This document shows, one piece after another, positions 26,280 to 35,779 of a stretch of DNA of 56,710 nt. A program made the translations under genes and the position numbers. The notes under the pieces were generated by a model. It made no database searches and was not told the DNA's origin. It saw only the letters and a list, made by a program, of their open reading frames with translations. The DNA lies in assembly GCA_045106545.1 (NCBI GenBank), contig JBGCES010000055.1, forward strand, positions 1 through 56,710, given 5' to 3'. Within the stretch, counting starts at the first letter, position 1; each line of letters starts with the position of its first letter. The stretch comes from Saprospiraceae bacterium. Its GTDB lineage: Bacteria; Bacteroidota; Bacteroidia; Chitinophagales; Saprospiraceae.

Positions 26280-26942
26280 TCAAAAAAGAAATCGCAACGC
26301 CACAAATTGCGTTAGAAATCCCACTAAATATCCACCATACAAATCAATGGGTTGATGTGCTTTCAAAATCAAGCGACTCGTTCCGACCAATCCTGCTAGT
26401 ACGATCGTGATTAATAAAACGGTTAACATACTCATCTGTACAGTTCCGGTGAGCGGTAAATTAACCGTGAATGCACCGTAACTAAACAAAAACATCGTAA
26501 TAATCACCATGCCCATTAAACCGCCCATTCCGACTGCATGTAAGCTAATTTTAGAAAAAATATTAATGAAAAATGCGACAAAAAGTGCAATTACACCGCC
26601 TAAAACAAAACTCGTATAAGCCGTCGGAATATCGCTATTGGCTAAAAAATTACGAAAAATCCATAAGTAGAAAATCCCCGTAATGATGTATGGTCCGATG
26701 CGTTCCATGCGGTCGTGCATGGCAAAGGTTTCTATCAAACCTAAGAATTTCATCATCGCAACCGAGAAGGCTGGAATGAAAAAAGTAGATAAAAAAACCA
26801 GCAAAACAAGCGTCGTTCCTCCTTCTAAGCTATTGACGCCAAATAAATATGGGTTGACCAATAGTAAAATGATCAACATATAGGTCATCATCAATAGTGG
26901 ATGAAAAATGAGTGAAACGACTTGGGCAAAGAATTTCAACAT
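26280..26942 (-). CDS. PAP2-like integral membrane protein
   Basis: 220-aa ORF with about 6 TM helices and a C-terminal SRLILKAHQPID matching the PAP2 SR-x5-H-x3-D motif. The other PAP2 motifs are only weakly recognisable. Confidence 0.55.
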   Translation of the reverse strand: MLKFFAQVVSLIFHPLLMMTYMLIILLLVNPYLFGVNSLEGGTTLVLLVFLSTFFIPAFSVAMMKFLGLIETFAMHDRMERIGPYIITGIFYLWIFRNFLANSDIPTAYTSFVLGGVIALFVAFFINIFSKISLHAVGMGGLMGMVIITMFLFSYGAFTVNLPLTGTVQMSMLTVLLITIVLAGLVGTSRLILKAHQPIDLYGGYLVGFLTQFVALRFLF

Positions 26943-26961
26943 GGATATTTATAGTCTGATG

Positions 26962-26991
26962 GTTAATTTTTAGACTAGTCTAAAAATTAAC
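26962..26991. repeat. Perfect 30-bp palindrome
   Basis: GTTAATTTTTAGAC-TA-GTCTAAAAATTAAC. It lies 20 bp upstream of the PAP2-like start and downstream of the OmpA-family gene. Confidence 0.7.
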
Positions 26992-27091
26992 AGATGAGTA
27001 GCAAAAAAGATGAGTGCAAGATAGGAAGTATTTGGGGAAACGTATGTAAGGAGTAGTTTTGAGTTGGCGTGACTAAACACGATCAGCTCTA

Positions 27092-28717
27092 TTAATTTTC
27101 AGTAATTTTAAATTCTACTCGTCGATTTTGTTCGCGCTGCATTTCGGTTGCATTTTCTGTAAGTGGCTGAGTCGCACCATAGCCAATGGTGGTAAGACGA
27201 TTAGTAGAAATTCCTTTTTTAACTAAAAAAGCTTTCACCTTACGGGCGCGTTCCTCGGAGAGTTGTTGTAAAGATTGTGGCTTACCTTGGTTATCCGTAT
27301 GTCCGCCGATTTCCATTTTTATCGTTTCGTTTTTTAATAAAATATCAACGATACGTTCTAATTCAAGAAAAGCACTTTCCATTAAATCAGCACTAGATTG
27401 CGCGAAATAAATCGGTGCGGTATGAATTTTAGCGCCCACCGAAATAGGTGTCAAATAAATATTAACTTCTTGATTATCAACATAATATCGATTTTCCTCA
27501 AAAAAGAATTCCATCGTACTCCCTAGATAACCTGCTCGTTCCACTCGCACTTGATAGTTTTTCCCTTTGGGAACATAAATCTTAAATTCTCCTTTGTACG
27601 CCACCTGTTGACGTTCCCAGTATTTTGCCGTTTTATCACCGTAAAATACTTTATTTTCAAGTAGCTCTCCAGTCACCGCATCAATAATTCTACCCTTGAT
27701 TCCAACTTCAGGACGACGCGGTGTTGCCAACTGCACTCGATATATATCGCTATTCCCATCCCGTCGTGAAGTAAAATATAAATAACCCGTCATTTCATTA
27801 AAATACGGCTGACTATCATCGCTTAGCGAATTAATAGGCATTTTGTAACGGCGCGGTCTCGACCAATTTGTCCACGATTCATCACGCCGTTTGATCATGT
27901 AAATATCGTTGTGACCACTTCCCGCTCGATTAGAAGAAAAATACAAGGTGTATTTATCTTCAGAAAGCGCGGGCGTTGTTTCGCGGAAAGCAGAATTCAC
28001 CGTGCTACCTAAATTTTCGGGTATCGAAAAAGTGCCATCTGTTTGCCGAAAACTGACGTATAAATCATTCATCCCATAAGAATCAGCACGCTGCAAAGAC
28101 AAAATCAATACAGAACCATCCGCCGCCATGGTCAAATTAACACTTTCACTTTTTGTATAATAATCATCAATCTGCAAAGGTTGCGGATTAGTCCAACTCC
28201 CGTCTGCTTGTCGAGTAATCGTAGAAAATCCTGCTTGCATTCCACCTTTGGGATCAAACTGATTCATAATCACAAACGTATTCGGTTCGCCAGTAATGGC
28301 ACATAGGCTATTGGGCAACGCATTATTGAGCGGCGCGGGCGGCTGTTTTACTTTCGTAAACTCTTTTCCATCAGCAGCAGAAGCAATAAAGATGTCTTGA
28401 TTGAAAGAGGATTTTACGGGATCGAGAATGGAACGTCCCGCGATCTGTGAGTAAACGCTACCTAATATTTGCTGATAATTAGTGCGTGAGTTACTTTGTG
28501 AAACATCTACTTCATCAATAATCAACTGCCGATTAAAATTAGGATCGCCGACTCGGGTAAAATAAATTTCTTTACCATCTATACTTACTACGGGTGAGAA
28601 CTCATCGTAGGGCGAATTGACTAAAGCAGGTAACTTTTCTACTTTGACTTGAAGTGATTGCGAAAAAGCTGTTTTCAATAAAAAAACAATGCTCAACGCT
28701 AGTAATAATCGCTGCAT
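27092..28717 (-). CDS. OmpA-family protein with TolB-like beta-propeller repeats
   Basis: ATG 28717 (MQRLLLALSIVFLLKTAFSQ) gives a signal peptide. The protein has WD40-like/TolB-type repeats and a C-terminal OmpA domain (GGHTDNQG...NRRVEFKI). Confidence 0.88.
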   Translation of the reverse strand: MQRLLLALSIVFLLKTAFSQSLQVKVEKLPALVNSPYDEFSPVVSIDGKEIYFTRVGDPNFNRQLIIDEVDVSQSNSRTNYQQILGSVYSQIAGRSILDPVKSSFNQDIFIASAADGKEFTKVKQPPAPLNNALPNSLCAITGEPNTFVIMNQFDPKGGMQAGFSTITRQADGSWTNPQPLQIDDYYTKSESVNLTMAADGSVLILSLQRADSYGMNDLYVSFRQTDGTFSIPENLGSTVNSAFRETTPALSEDKYTLYFSSNRAGSGHNDIYMIKRRDESWTNWSRPRRYKMPINSLSDDSQPYFNEMTGYLYFTSRRDGNSDIYRVQLATPRRPEVGIKGRIIDAVTGELLENKVFYGDKTAKYWERQQVAYKGEFKIYVPKGKNYQVRVERAGYLGSTMEFFFEENRYYVDNQEVNIYLTPISVGAKIHTAPIYFAQSSADLMESAFLELERIVDILLKNETIKMEIGGHTDNQGKPQSLQQLSEERARKVKAFLVKKGISTNRLTTIGYGATQPLTENATEMQREQNRRVEFKITEN

Positions 28718-28978
28718 AAGTGCAGGGGTTTGTTTTAATTGGTTCTTTGAAAATCTCTCAAAAGAGTCAGTCGGCAACTATTCTCAGCACTACCCTGCGG
28801 TCGCTTTCTCGAATAATTTTTACCTGACACGAGATTTACCAAGAACGCTTTAATTTCCCGCAAGAAGTGGAAATTAATAACTTAGAGTAATTGCATTAAT
28901 CAGTAATGGGTGGAGGGATAGTGGTGGGGAGTGTTTATTTGAAAGTCTGCCATTTCATAGAAAATAACAAACATAGCA

Positions 28979-29728
28979 TTATTCAGTAGTTGGCAGCGTC
29001 AACCAAAAATTATTGATGCCTTCGCCGACGATCATTTTTAAACGATCCAAATTTAGCAATTCTAACATTCCTAAGAAAGTAACAATAGCGTGCATACGAT
29101 TGTCTAAATTTTTGAAAAATGTAACGAACGCCGTTTTTTGACCTTTTTTGACCTTTGTAAAAATGTATTCTTGCTGTCCTTGAATCGTATAGGGATAATC
29201 CACTACTTTGTGGACTGTCATTTTTTTACTATTATCTTCAAAACGGTTCATCACGCGCTCAAAAGTTTTAAGTAGTTTGAACAAAGTTAAAGATTCTAAT
29301 TCGGCATCCACTAATGCTTTCGTAGCGATTTGCTTTAATTCTCTGCTCACATTACCACGCTCATTTTGTAATCCGCGTTGTTTCTCCATCTCGCGCATTT
29401 CTTCCAATACACTTTTGTAGCGCTTGTATTCCAATAAGCGTTGAACCAATTCGTCCCGCGGATCGATTTCATTTCCTTCTTCATCCAATGGCTTGCGCGG
29501 AATCAACATTTTCGCTTTGATTCTACATAAAGTCGCAGCAACTAAGATAAATTCACTCGCCAAGTCAATATTCATCGACTCCATCTGACGGATATAACCC
29601 AAAAAATCTTCGGTGATCGTTGCAATCGGAATATTATTGATATCCAATTCGTCCCGTTCGATAAAGAACAGTAGCAAGTCGAATGGACCTTCAAATTGTG
29701 GCAGCGAAATCGTATAGGTTGCGGTCAT
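28979..29728 (-). CDS. scpA: Segregation and condensation protein A
   Basis: 249-aa ORF. The N-terminal LPQFEGPFDLLLFFIERDELDI is typical of ScpA. Confidence 0.9.
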   Translation of the reverse strand: MTATYTISLPQFEGPFDLLLFFIERDELDINNIPIATITEDFLGYIRQMESMNIDLASEFILVAATLCRIKAKMLIPRKPLDEEGNEIDPRDELVQRLLEYKRYKSVLEEMREMEKQRGLQNERGNVSRELKQIATKALVDAELESLTLFKLLKTFERVMNRFEDNSKKMTVHKVVDYPYTIQGQQEYIFTKVKKGQKTAFVTFFKNLDNRMHAIVTFLGMLELLNLDRLKMIVGEGINNFWLTLPTTE

Positions 29729-29884
29729 GAAAAATGTTGTTCGAAGATTGTTCGATGTAATTAGAAATGGTTAGAAAGTTGTTCGATAGCAGCATAAATT
29801 ATACCACCACTCACTTATACTGCTTCTTAAATTTGACTACATCTGTCGCGAAGATACGAGTTTTTGTACAAAAGTATTATCCCT

Positions 29885-32800
29885 TTATAACTCAAATCCA
29901 TCGCGTACCTTTACTGGATTCAGCTTCGTAAAATCTAATTTAAACGTCACTCGTCGAAAGAATGAGACAAAATTGTTTTCATCTTCCCGTTCCTGCCACT
30001 TTACGCCATTTTTAATATCCTTACTATTAATGAATGGTAGATAAATTTCAAAAATATCGTTTACTATTGGAATGGCGAAGCCACCGCTATAAGTAAAATT
30101 CACTTCATCTACAAAGGCATCGGGATAAATCGCCGCATCAATATATGGACGTAACGGAATACCAATCGGTAAATCTGCTGCCAACCCAATACCAATCATC
30201 CAATCCGCTGAAGAACCAATATTGCTAATCGTTCTTAGATTTGCATCACGATCAAAAATTTGATTCGACCAAATTCCGCGTCCGTCATTTCTTCCTAAAA
30301 GCAATTCTTCAAATAAATAATCGCGCTGAAAAATATTCGACCCTGTAATTCCACTAATCAAAAAACGCGAACTTGCCGTTGGTTCGGTATAATCAAAAAA
30401 CGCACCTGCAAAACCGTGGAGGTAAATCGCCTTCTTATTCCGATTATAAATAAATCGCTGATTGTAATTAGAAAACAACTTGGTAAAACCTTCACCCTGA
30501 TGGAAAACCGTTTCAATATTTAGAGGCGATAATGCATTCTCACGTTCCGCTACATATTTCAACTCATTGACAAAATAATCGCGCTGTTCGCGCACAAACT
30601 CCCTTTCAGCAAAGTCAATTCCGCGCACATAATCCTGCCAAATTTGTACAAATCGGTAATCTAACTTATGCGACCACGCAGCAATCGGTGTACGTTTTCT
30701 AAACTGAAAAGAAAGCTGTGGAGCAAGTTTGTAATACTTATCATGGTCTTTATAATCAAAATCATAATTGTAACTAAACGCTCGTCCCCCCACCGAAAGG
30801 CTGATACTTTCAAATAGTCCTGTACGGAAAAAATGGTTATAGCGCATACCACCAATACCACGTAATTCCTTAGAAACCGTTCCGTACAGCGGCGTTAACG
30901 AAAACTCAAATCGCTTTGGCGTAATTGACAAATTATGCACCGTCGCGCCAAGTAACGTTTTATCATAGTTGTTCCATGCCAAGGCGGGATAATAATATAA
31001 ACTACTGCGTTTATCGTTTTCTATACTCGTAGCAAAACGCGTTGCCAATGGCTCCGTTTTTTTGAAAACACTTCGCAAGGAGTAGCGATTATTTCGCCAA
31101 TCCACAGAAAGCATCACGTGCTGCGCATCAATCATTAATTCATCATAATCGCCCTGCGGAAAATTAATTGCCTGTCTTTCCATACTACCTGAGAACCATT
31201 GAGTATTGACGATTTGTCCACCTTTTAAACCTGAAACAGGAAAAGGTGCGGGAATATCACCTACATTCTCAATCGTAATTTCATATTGATTATTGACATT
31301 TTTTACATCTGAAATTTTATAATCCAACACTTTATTAGATTCAATAAAATCATCAAATAGCCAACCTAAATTTTCGCCACTTTTTTCTTCTAAAAACTGT
31401 CGCAAGTCAGCGGGTTGCGGATGTTTAAATTCCCATTCTTTATAAAAACCTTGCATAATGGGATCAAATTTTTCTGCGCCCCAATATGCTTCTAGGTGAC
31501 CAAAAATAACTGCGGGCATTTCATAGCCACCGAGCCAATAATTGATGTATTCAAATTCGTTGGAATGAGTTGCTGGTGCCTGATGTTGATAACGCCGTGC
31601 TTGGAAAATATAGCCCGCTTCAAGTGTCGTCATTTCTGAACTTCCTTTGAATATATTAGGCACAACATCAAGGGATTCTGATTCATAAAATTGCTTTGTA
31701 TAACGATGATCGTAATAAGAGTTTAATCCCTCGTCTAACCAAACGTGATCGCGTTCATTGAAACCCAAAATCCCATAAAACCAATTGTGTCCTACTTCAT
31801 GCGTTATCACTTCGTCCAATGATTGCGCATCGCCCGATAGTCCGATGACAGTGATCATCGGATATTCCATACCACCGCCTGCGCTCAAAGCAGATTGTAC
31901 CGCTGTGGCTTGTGGATAAGGATATTCACCGACTAAATCAGAGTAGAATTTTACCGAACGATTTACATAATCAATAGACGTTTTCCACAATTCTTCTTCC
32001 GCTTTCGTAAACATCGTCCAGGTATCAATTTCGCGCCCCGATGCGAGTTGCACACTGCTTTTTTGTACTTTAAAACGTTTGTCTGCGAACCAAGCAAAAT
32101 CATGTACATTTTCGGCGCGGAAAGTGAGTGTTTTCATTGTTTTGCTGGATATGGGAAATTCTTCTAAATCCGCAACACCTGCCTTCTTTCTCGATTCAAT
32201 TGATTTTAAATACTCGACCGTTTCTACCGCTTTTTGTTCTAAAAATTGCCGTTCGCTTTCTTCTTGCACTTCGCCCGTTGCGCCGACCACATAATTTTCT
32301 GGCAAGGTGATTTTCACTTCATAATTTCCAAATTCTGAATAAAATTCACCCATGTCTAAATACGGCATTGGATGCCAACCGTCGCGATCATAGACGGCGG
32401 GTTTAGGATACCATTGGGTTAATTGGTAGGATTCACCAACGTGTCCGAGGCGAGAAAAGGAAGCAGGAATTTGTAAATTTAGTGGTGTACTAATCGTGAT
32501 GGTTGCGCCACTTTTTAACGGCTGCGCTAATTCTAAAATAGCAACATCAGGATCATTGGCGGTAAAGTTCCACAGCACCGCTTTTCCATCAACTTTGAAG
32601 TCTAAATTGGAAAAATTGCCTAACTCCTCTATTTCTGCAAAATAAAATTTAGTACTTCCTTGTCTTAGTTTTTGTTTAGCGAAAGCGGTCGTCCGATTTT
32701 TATAGGCATTTGCCCATAAGTGCAAATAAATTTCTGATAATTCATCAGGTGAATTATTGGTGTATTTCATCGAGATGTCACCGCTCAAACTATGGTTTTC

Positions 32801-32917
32801 ATCATCTAAAGTAACATTGATAAATACATCTACTTGTTGTTGAAAGTAAGCAGCAGGCGGTTGTGCTACCGTCGAAAAAGTTGCAAGAAGCAAAAAAAGT
32901 AGTGAGCAAAAGCGCAT
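29885..32917 (-). CDS. M1-family zinc metallopeptidase with a large C-terminal extension
   Basis: ATG 32917 (MRFCSLLFLLLATFSTVAQ) gives a signal peptide. It has a GAMEN-like GGGMEYP motif and HEVGHNWFYG-x18-E (WLDEGLNSYY). Confidence 0.9.
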   Translation of the reverse strand: MRFCSLLFLLLATFSTVAQPPAAYFQQQVDVFINVTLDDENHSLSGDISMKYTNNSPDELSEIYLHLWANAYKNRTTAFAKQKLRQGSTKFYFAEIEELGNFSNLDFKVDGKAVLWNFTANDPDVAILELAQPLKSGATITISTPLNLQIPASFSRLGHVGESYQLTQWYPKPAVYDRDGWHPMPYLDMGEFYSEFGNYEVKITLPENYVVGATGEVQEESERQFLEQKAVETVEYLKSIESRKKAGVADLEEFPISSKTMKTLTFRAENVHDFAWFADKRFKVQKSSVQLASGREIDTWTMFTKAEEELWKTSIDYVNRSVKFYSDLVGEYPYPQATAVQSALSAGGGMEYPMITVIGLSGDAQSLDEVITHEVGHNWFYGILGFNERDHVWLDEGLNSYYDHRYTKQFYESESLDVVPNIFKGSSEMTTLEAGYIFQARRYQHQAPATHSNEFEYINYWLGGYEMPAVIFGHLEAYWGAEKFDPIMQGFYKEWEFKHPQPADLRQFLEEKSGENLGWLFDDFIESNKVLDYKISDVKNVNNQYEITIENVGDIPAPFPVSGLKGGQIVNTQWFSGSMERQAINFPQGDYDELMIDAQHVMLSVDWRNNRYSLRSVFKKTEPLATRFATSIENDKRSSLYYYPALAWNNYDKTLLGATVHNLSITPKRFEFSLTPLYGTVSKELRGIGGMRYNHFFRTGLFESISLSVGGRAFSYNYDFDYKDHDKYYKLAPQLSFQFRKRTPIAAWSHKLDYRFVQIWQDYVRGIDFAEREFVREQRDYFVNELKYVAERENALSPLNIETVFHQGEGFTKLFSNYNQRFIYNRNKKAIYLHGFAGAFFDYTEPTASSRFLISGITGSNIFQRDYLFEELLLGRNDGRGIWSNQIFDRDANLRTISNIGSSADWMIGIGLAADLPIGIPLRPYIDAAIYPDAFVDEVNFTYSGGFAIPIVNDIFEIYLPFINSKDIKNGVKWQEREDENNFVSFFRRVTFKLDFTKLNPVKVRDGFEL

Positions 32918-33234
32918 AAGAATCGTTTTTAAAGAAGGCGATTTCAGTTTTGAATTATAGCAAAGTTCCAATAAATCAGCTACAATATCAGTCGCAGCGC
33001 CGCTTTTTTTAATTATTTTCGTCCTGAAATTATATCATTTTAGTGGGTTAAAACGTTTCCAATTGTAACAACCCACCTATTTGTACACCCGTTTTGTACC
33101 TTTGCCTATTAACTTTTTTGATGTAAGTGTAGCCGTTTTGCAGGGCAAATCGACTACACAAATTCGTTAGACAACAGTAATATGTCTCAACAGATAAACA
33201 TTTTAAACAGTTAAACTACATTATCCAATTGCTT

Positions 33235-34869
33235 ATGCGTTACACTCTTTTTTTAGTTTTCTTCCTTTCGTTAGGAATCACTTTATCGGCACAAAACGAT
33301 GTCGCGCCGCCCGCTACAATTAATTGGGGCGAAGAAATTACGGAACCCAGTAATTCACTGATTACTAAGATGATCGCACAGAAGCGGGATGGTTTTTACG
33401 CGCTTCGGGTTAAAGGTGCCAATGGTTTGAGTGAAGAAAAAATCTATATTGAAGAATATGACGAGCGCGAACGGTTGAAAAAATCGCGGGAATTAGATTT
33501 GAAATTTAAAAATAAGCAACGTCAATTTTCTAATATTTTGATGCATGGACGGGAGTTGTATTTTCTGACCACTTTCAATAATCAAGCTAAGAAGAAGAAT
33601 TACCTTTTTAAACAAAAAATCAGCAAAAAGAGCTTACAAACGACGGGCGCGTTGGAAATGATTGGCGAAATTGATACAAAAAATCGCGTGCGTGAAGGTT
33701 CATTTGGTTTTAATCAATCTCGGGATAGTTCAAAACTATTGATTTATCACGATTTGCCTTATGACCGTAATCAACCAGAGCGTTTTAATCTGCGGGTTTT
33801 TGATGAAAATTTTGATCTCGCATGGGAGAAAAATATCGTTCTACCTTACGCTGATAATCAGTTTGCAGTAGAAGAATATCGAGTAGATCGCAAAGGAAAT
33901 GTCTATTTACTAGGCGTTGTGTATCAAGATGGCGCGCGCGAGCGACGACGCGGAAAGCCTAATTATCGTTATAGCATTTTGGCTTATACGAATCAAGGTG
34001 AAAATTTTCAAGAGTATAAACTGGATTTAGAAGACAAATTTATTACCGACCTGACGTTCCGTGCAGGTAAAAATAATGAATTAATTTGTACGGGTTTCTA
34101 TTCTGAAAAAGGAACATACAGTGTCAAAGGCACTTACTTTTTCCGAGTCAACACAGAAACGCAGGAGATTTACAATAAAAATCTGAAAGAATTTGGTTTT
34201 GAATTTTTGACGCAAGCCTATAGTGACCGTGAAGTAGCACGGGCAGCACGCGCCGAACGCAACGGTGATGAACGCCGCGAAGCAGAACTGTATCGTTTTC
34301 AATTGGATGATTTGATTTTACGGAGTGATGGTGGAGCGGTTTTGATTGCGGAGCAATATTTTATTCAGGAGCGGTTTCGCAATGATTTCAACGATCCATA
34401 TCGTTTTGGTCGCTTTGGTGGTTTCAACCGTAACCAAGGCAATAATCAAGTAGATTATTATTACAACTATAACGATATTATCGTCGTAAACATCCGTCCC
34501 AACGGCGAAATTGAATGGGCAACGCGTATTCCTAAACGACAAGTGACTGTAAATGATGGCGGTTATTACTCTTCTTACTCAATGGCGGCTGTTCGAGATA
34601 GAATTTACTTTGTTTTTAACGATAACGGTCGCAATTTTGCAACGGATCGCAACGAGAACCGTATCTATAATTTTAATGGTAAAAATTCGGTGATTTCATT
34701 AGCAGAAGTAGGCAAGGATGGTAGTTTGCAGATTTATCCATTATTTAATAACCGTGAAGCGAATATTATTACCCGTCCAAAAATTTGCCAGCAGACGGGA
34801 CGTAAGACAATGCTCGTGTATGGAGAAAAAGGACGGCGGTATCGTTTTGGCAATTTAACTTTTGATTGA
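33235..34869 (+). CDS. Secreted hypothetical protein
   Basis: A ~544-aa ORF from ATG 33235 (MRYTLFLVFFLSLGITLSAQ signal peptide). No motif recognised. Confidence 0.75.
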   Translation: MRYTLFLVFFLSLGITLSAQNDVAPPATINWGEEITEPSNSLITKMIAQKRDGFYALRVKGANGLSEEKIYIEEYDERERLKKSRELDLKFKNKQRQFSNILMHGRELYFLTTFNNQAKKKNYLFKQKISKKSLQTTGALEMIGEIDTKNRVREGSFGFNQSRDSSKLLIYHDLPYDRNQPERFNLRVFDENFDLAWEKNIVLPYADNQFAVEEYRVDRKGNVYLLGVVYQDGARERRRGKPNYRYSILAYTNQGENFQEYKLDLEDKFITDLTFRAGKNNELICTGFYSEKGTYSVKGTYFFRVNTETQEIYNKNLKEFGFEFLTQAYSDREVARAARAERNGDERREAELYRFQLDDLILRSDGGAVLIAEQYFIQERFRNDFNDPYRFGRFGGFNRNQGNNQVDYYYNYNDIIVVNIRPNGEIEWATRIPKRQVTVNDGGYYSSYSMAAVRDRIYFVFNDNGRNFATDRNENRIYNFNGKNSVISLAEVGKDGSLQIYPLFNNREANIITRPKICQQTGRKTMLVYGEKGRRYRFGNLTFD

Positions 34870-34873
34870 AAAT

Positions 34874-34930
34874 GTTTTTTTTGACGCTGAAAGACGCTGA
34901 TTTTTATGATTCAAGTAGGTCGTGAGCGAC
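34874..34930. repeat. Intergenic repeat, family F3, copy b
   Basis: GTTTTTTTTGACGCTGAAAGACGCTGATTTTTATGATTCAAGTAGGTCGTGAGCGAC. The 15-mer TAGGTCGTGAGCGAC is identical to 10155-10169. Confidence 0.6.
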
Positions 34931-35071
34931 TTAATCGCAATATAACTTACTTTACTTTTGATTTAGAAAATACAGAGGTAAACTTATCCGACTATTCGTA
35001 TTGTCAAAAGTGTGGTTATGAAAAATTTAGTAGAGGGGAGAAAGAATGATAATCATTATAATAATAACACT

Positions 35072-35653
35072 ATGATCAATATTGCAATTTTTGCCTCAGG
35101 AACGGGAAGTAATGCGCAGAAGATTATCGAATACTTCAAAGGAAATCAGCAAATCCAAGTTGGATTAGTCGTTTCTAATAAAGCAACAGCAAAGGTACTA
35201 GAAATGGCTGCGAGTCATAATATTCCCACTTTGGTGATTAAGCGTAAAGCATTTTACGAAAGTGAGGATTTATTGAAGCAACTAGATGATCATTCGATTG
35301 ATTTTATCGCTTTAGCAGGTTTTTTGTGGCTAATTCCCAAGTATTTGGTTAATAAATATCCCGATCAAATTGTAAATATACATCCAGCTTTGCTACCAAA
35401 ATATGGTGGAAAGGGAATGTATGGTAGCAATGTACATTGTGCAGTAAAGGCAGCAGGCGAGGAAGAATCCGGACCAACGATACATTACGTGAACGAGCAG
35501 TATGATGAAGGCAATATTATTTTTCAAACAAGTTGTAAACTAGAGCGAACAGATAGCGCAGAAGAGATAGCACAGAAAGTATTGAAATTAGAACATCAGC
35601 ATTTTGCACCAGTGATAGCACGAGTCATTCATGAAAAATTTGAGTTGAACTAA
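35072..35653 (+). CDS. purN: Phosphoribosylglycinamide formyltransferase
   Basis: ATG 35072 (MINIAIFASGTGSNAQ) and the formyltransferase motif IVNIHPALLPKYGGKGMYG. Confidence 0.92.
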   Translation: MINIAIFASGTGSNAQKIIEYFKGNQQIQVGLVVSNKATAKVLEMAASHNIPTLVIKRKAFYESEDLLKQLDDHSIDFIALAGFLWLIPKYLVNKYPDQIVNIHPALLPKYGGKGMYGSNVHCAVKAAGEEESGPTIHYVNEQYDEGNIIFQTSCKLERTDSAEEIAQKVLKLEHQHFAPVIARVIHEKFELN

Positions 35654-35779
35654 ATTGTAATTCTGTGTAAATCGTGCTTAATAGCATCTTATTCCTGAAC
35701 ATATTTATAAGTATTGGTTAAAAAATAATTTTATATCTAAATTTTTTGACCGCTTCTAAAACCGATTAATTTTTTAAAC

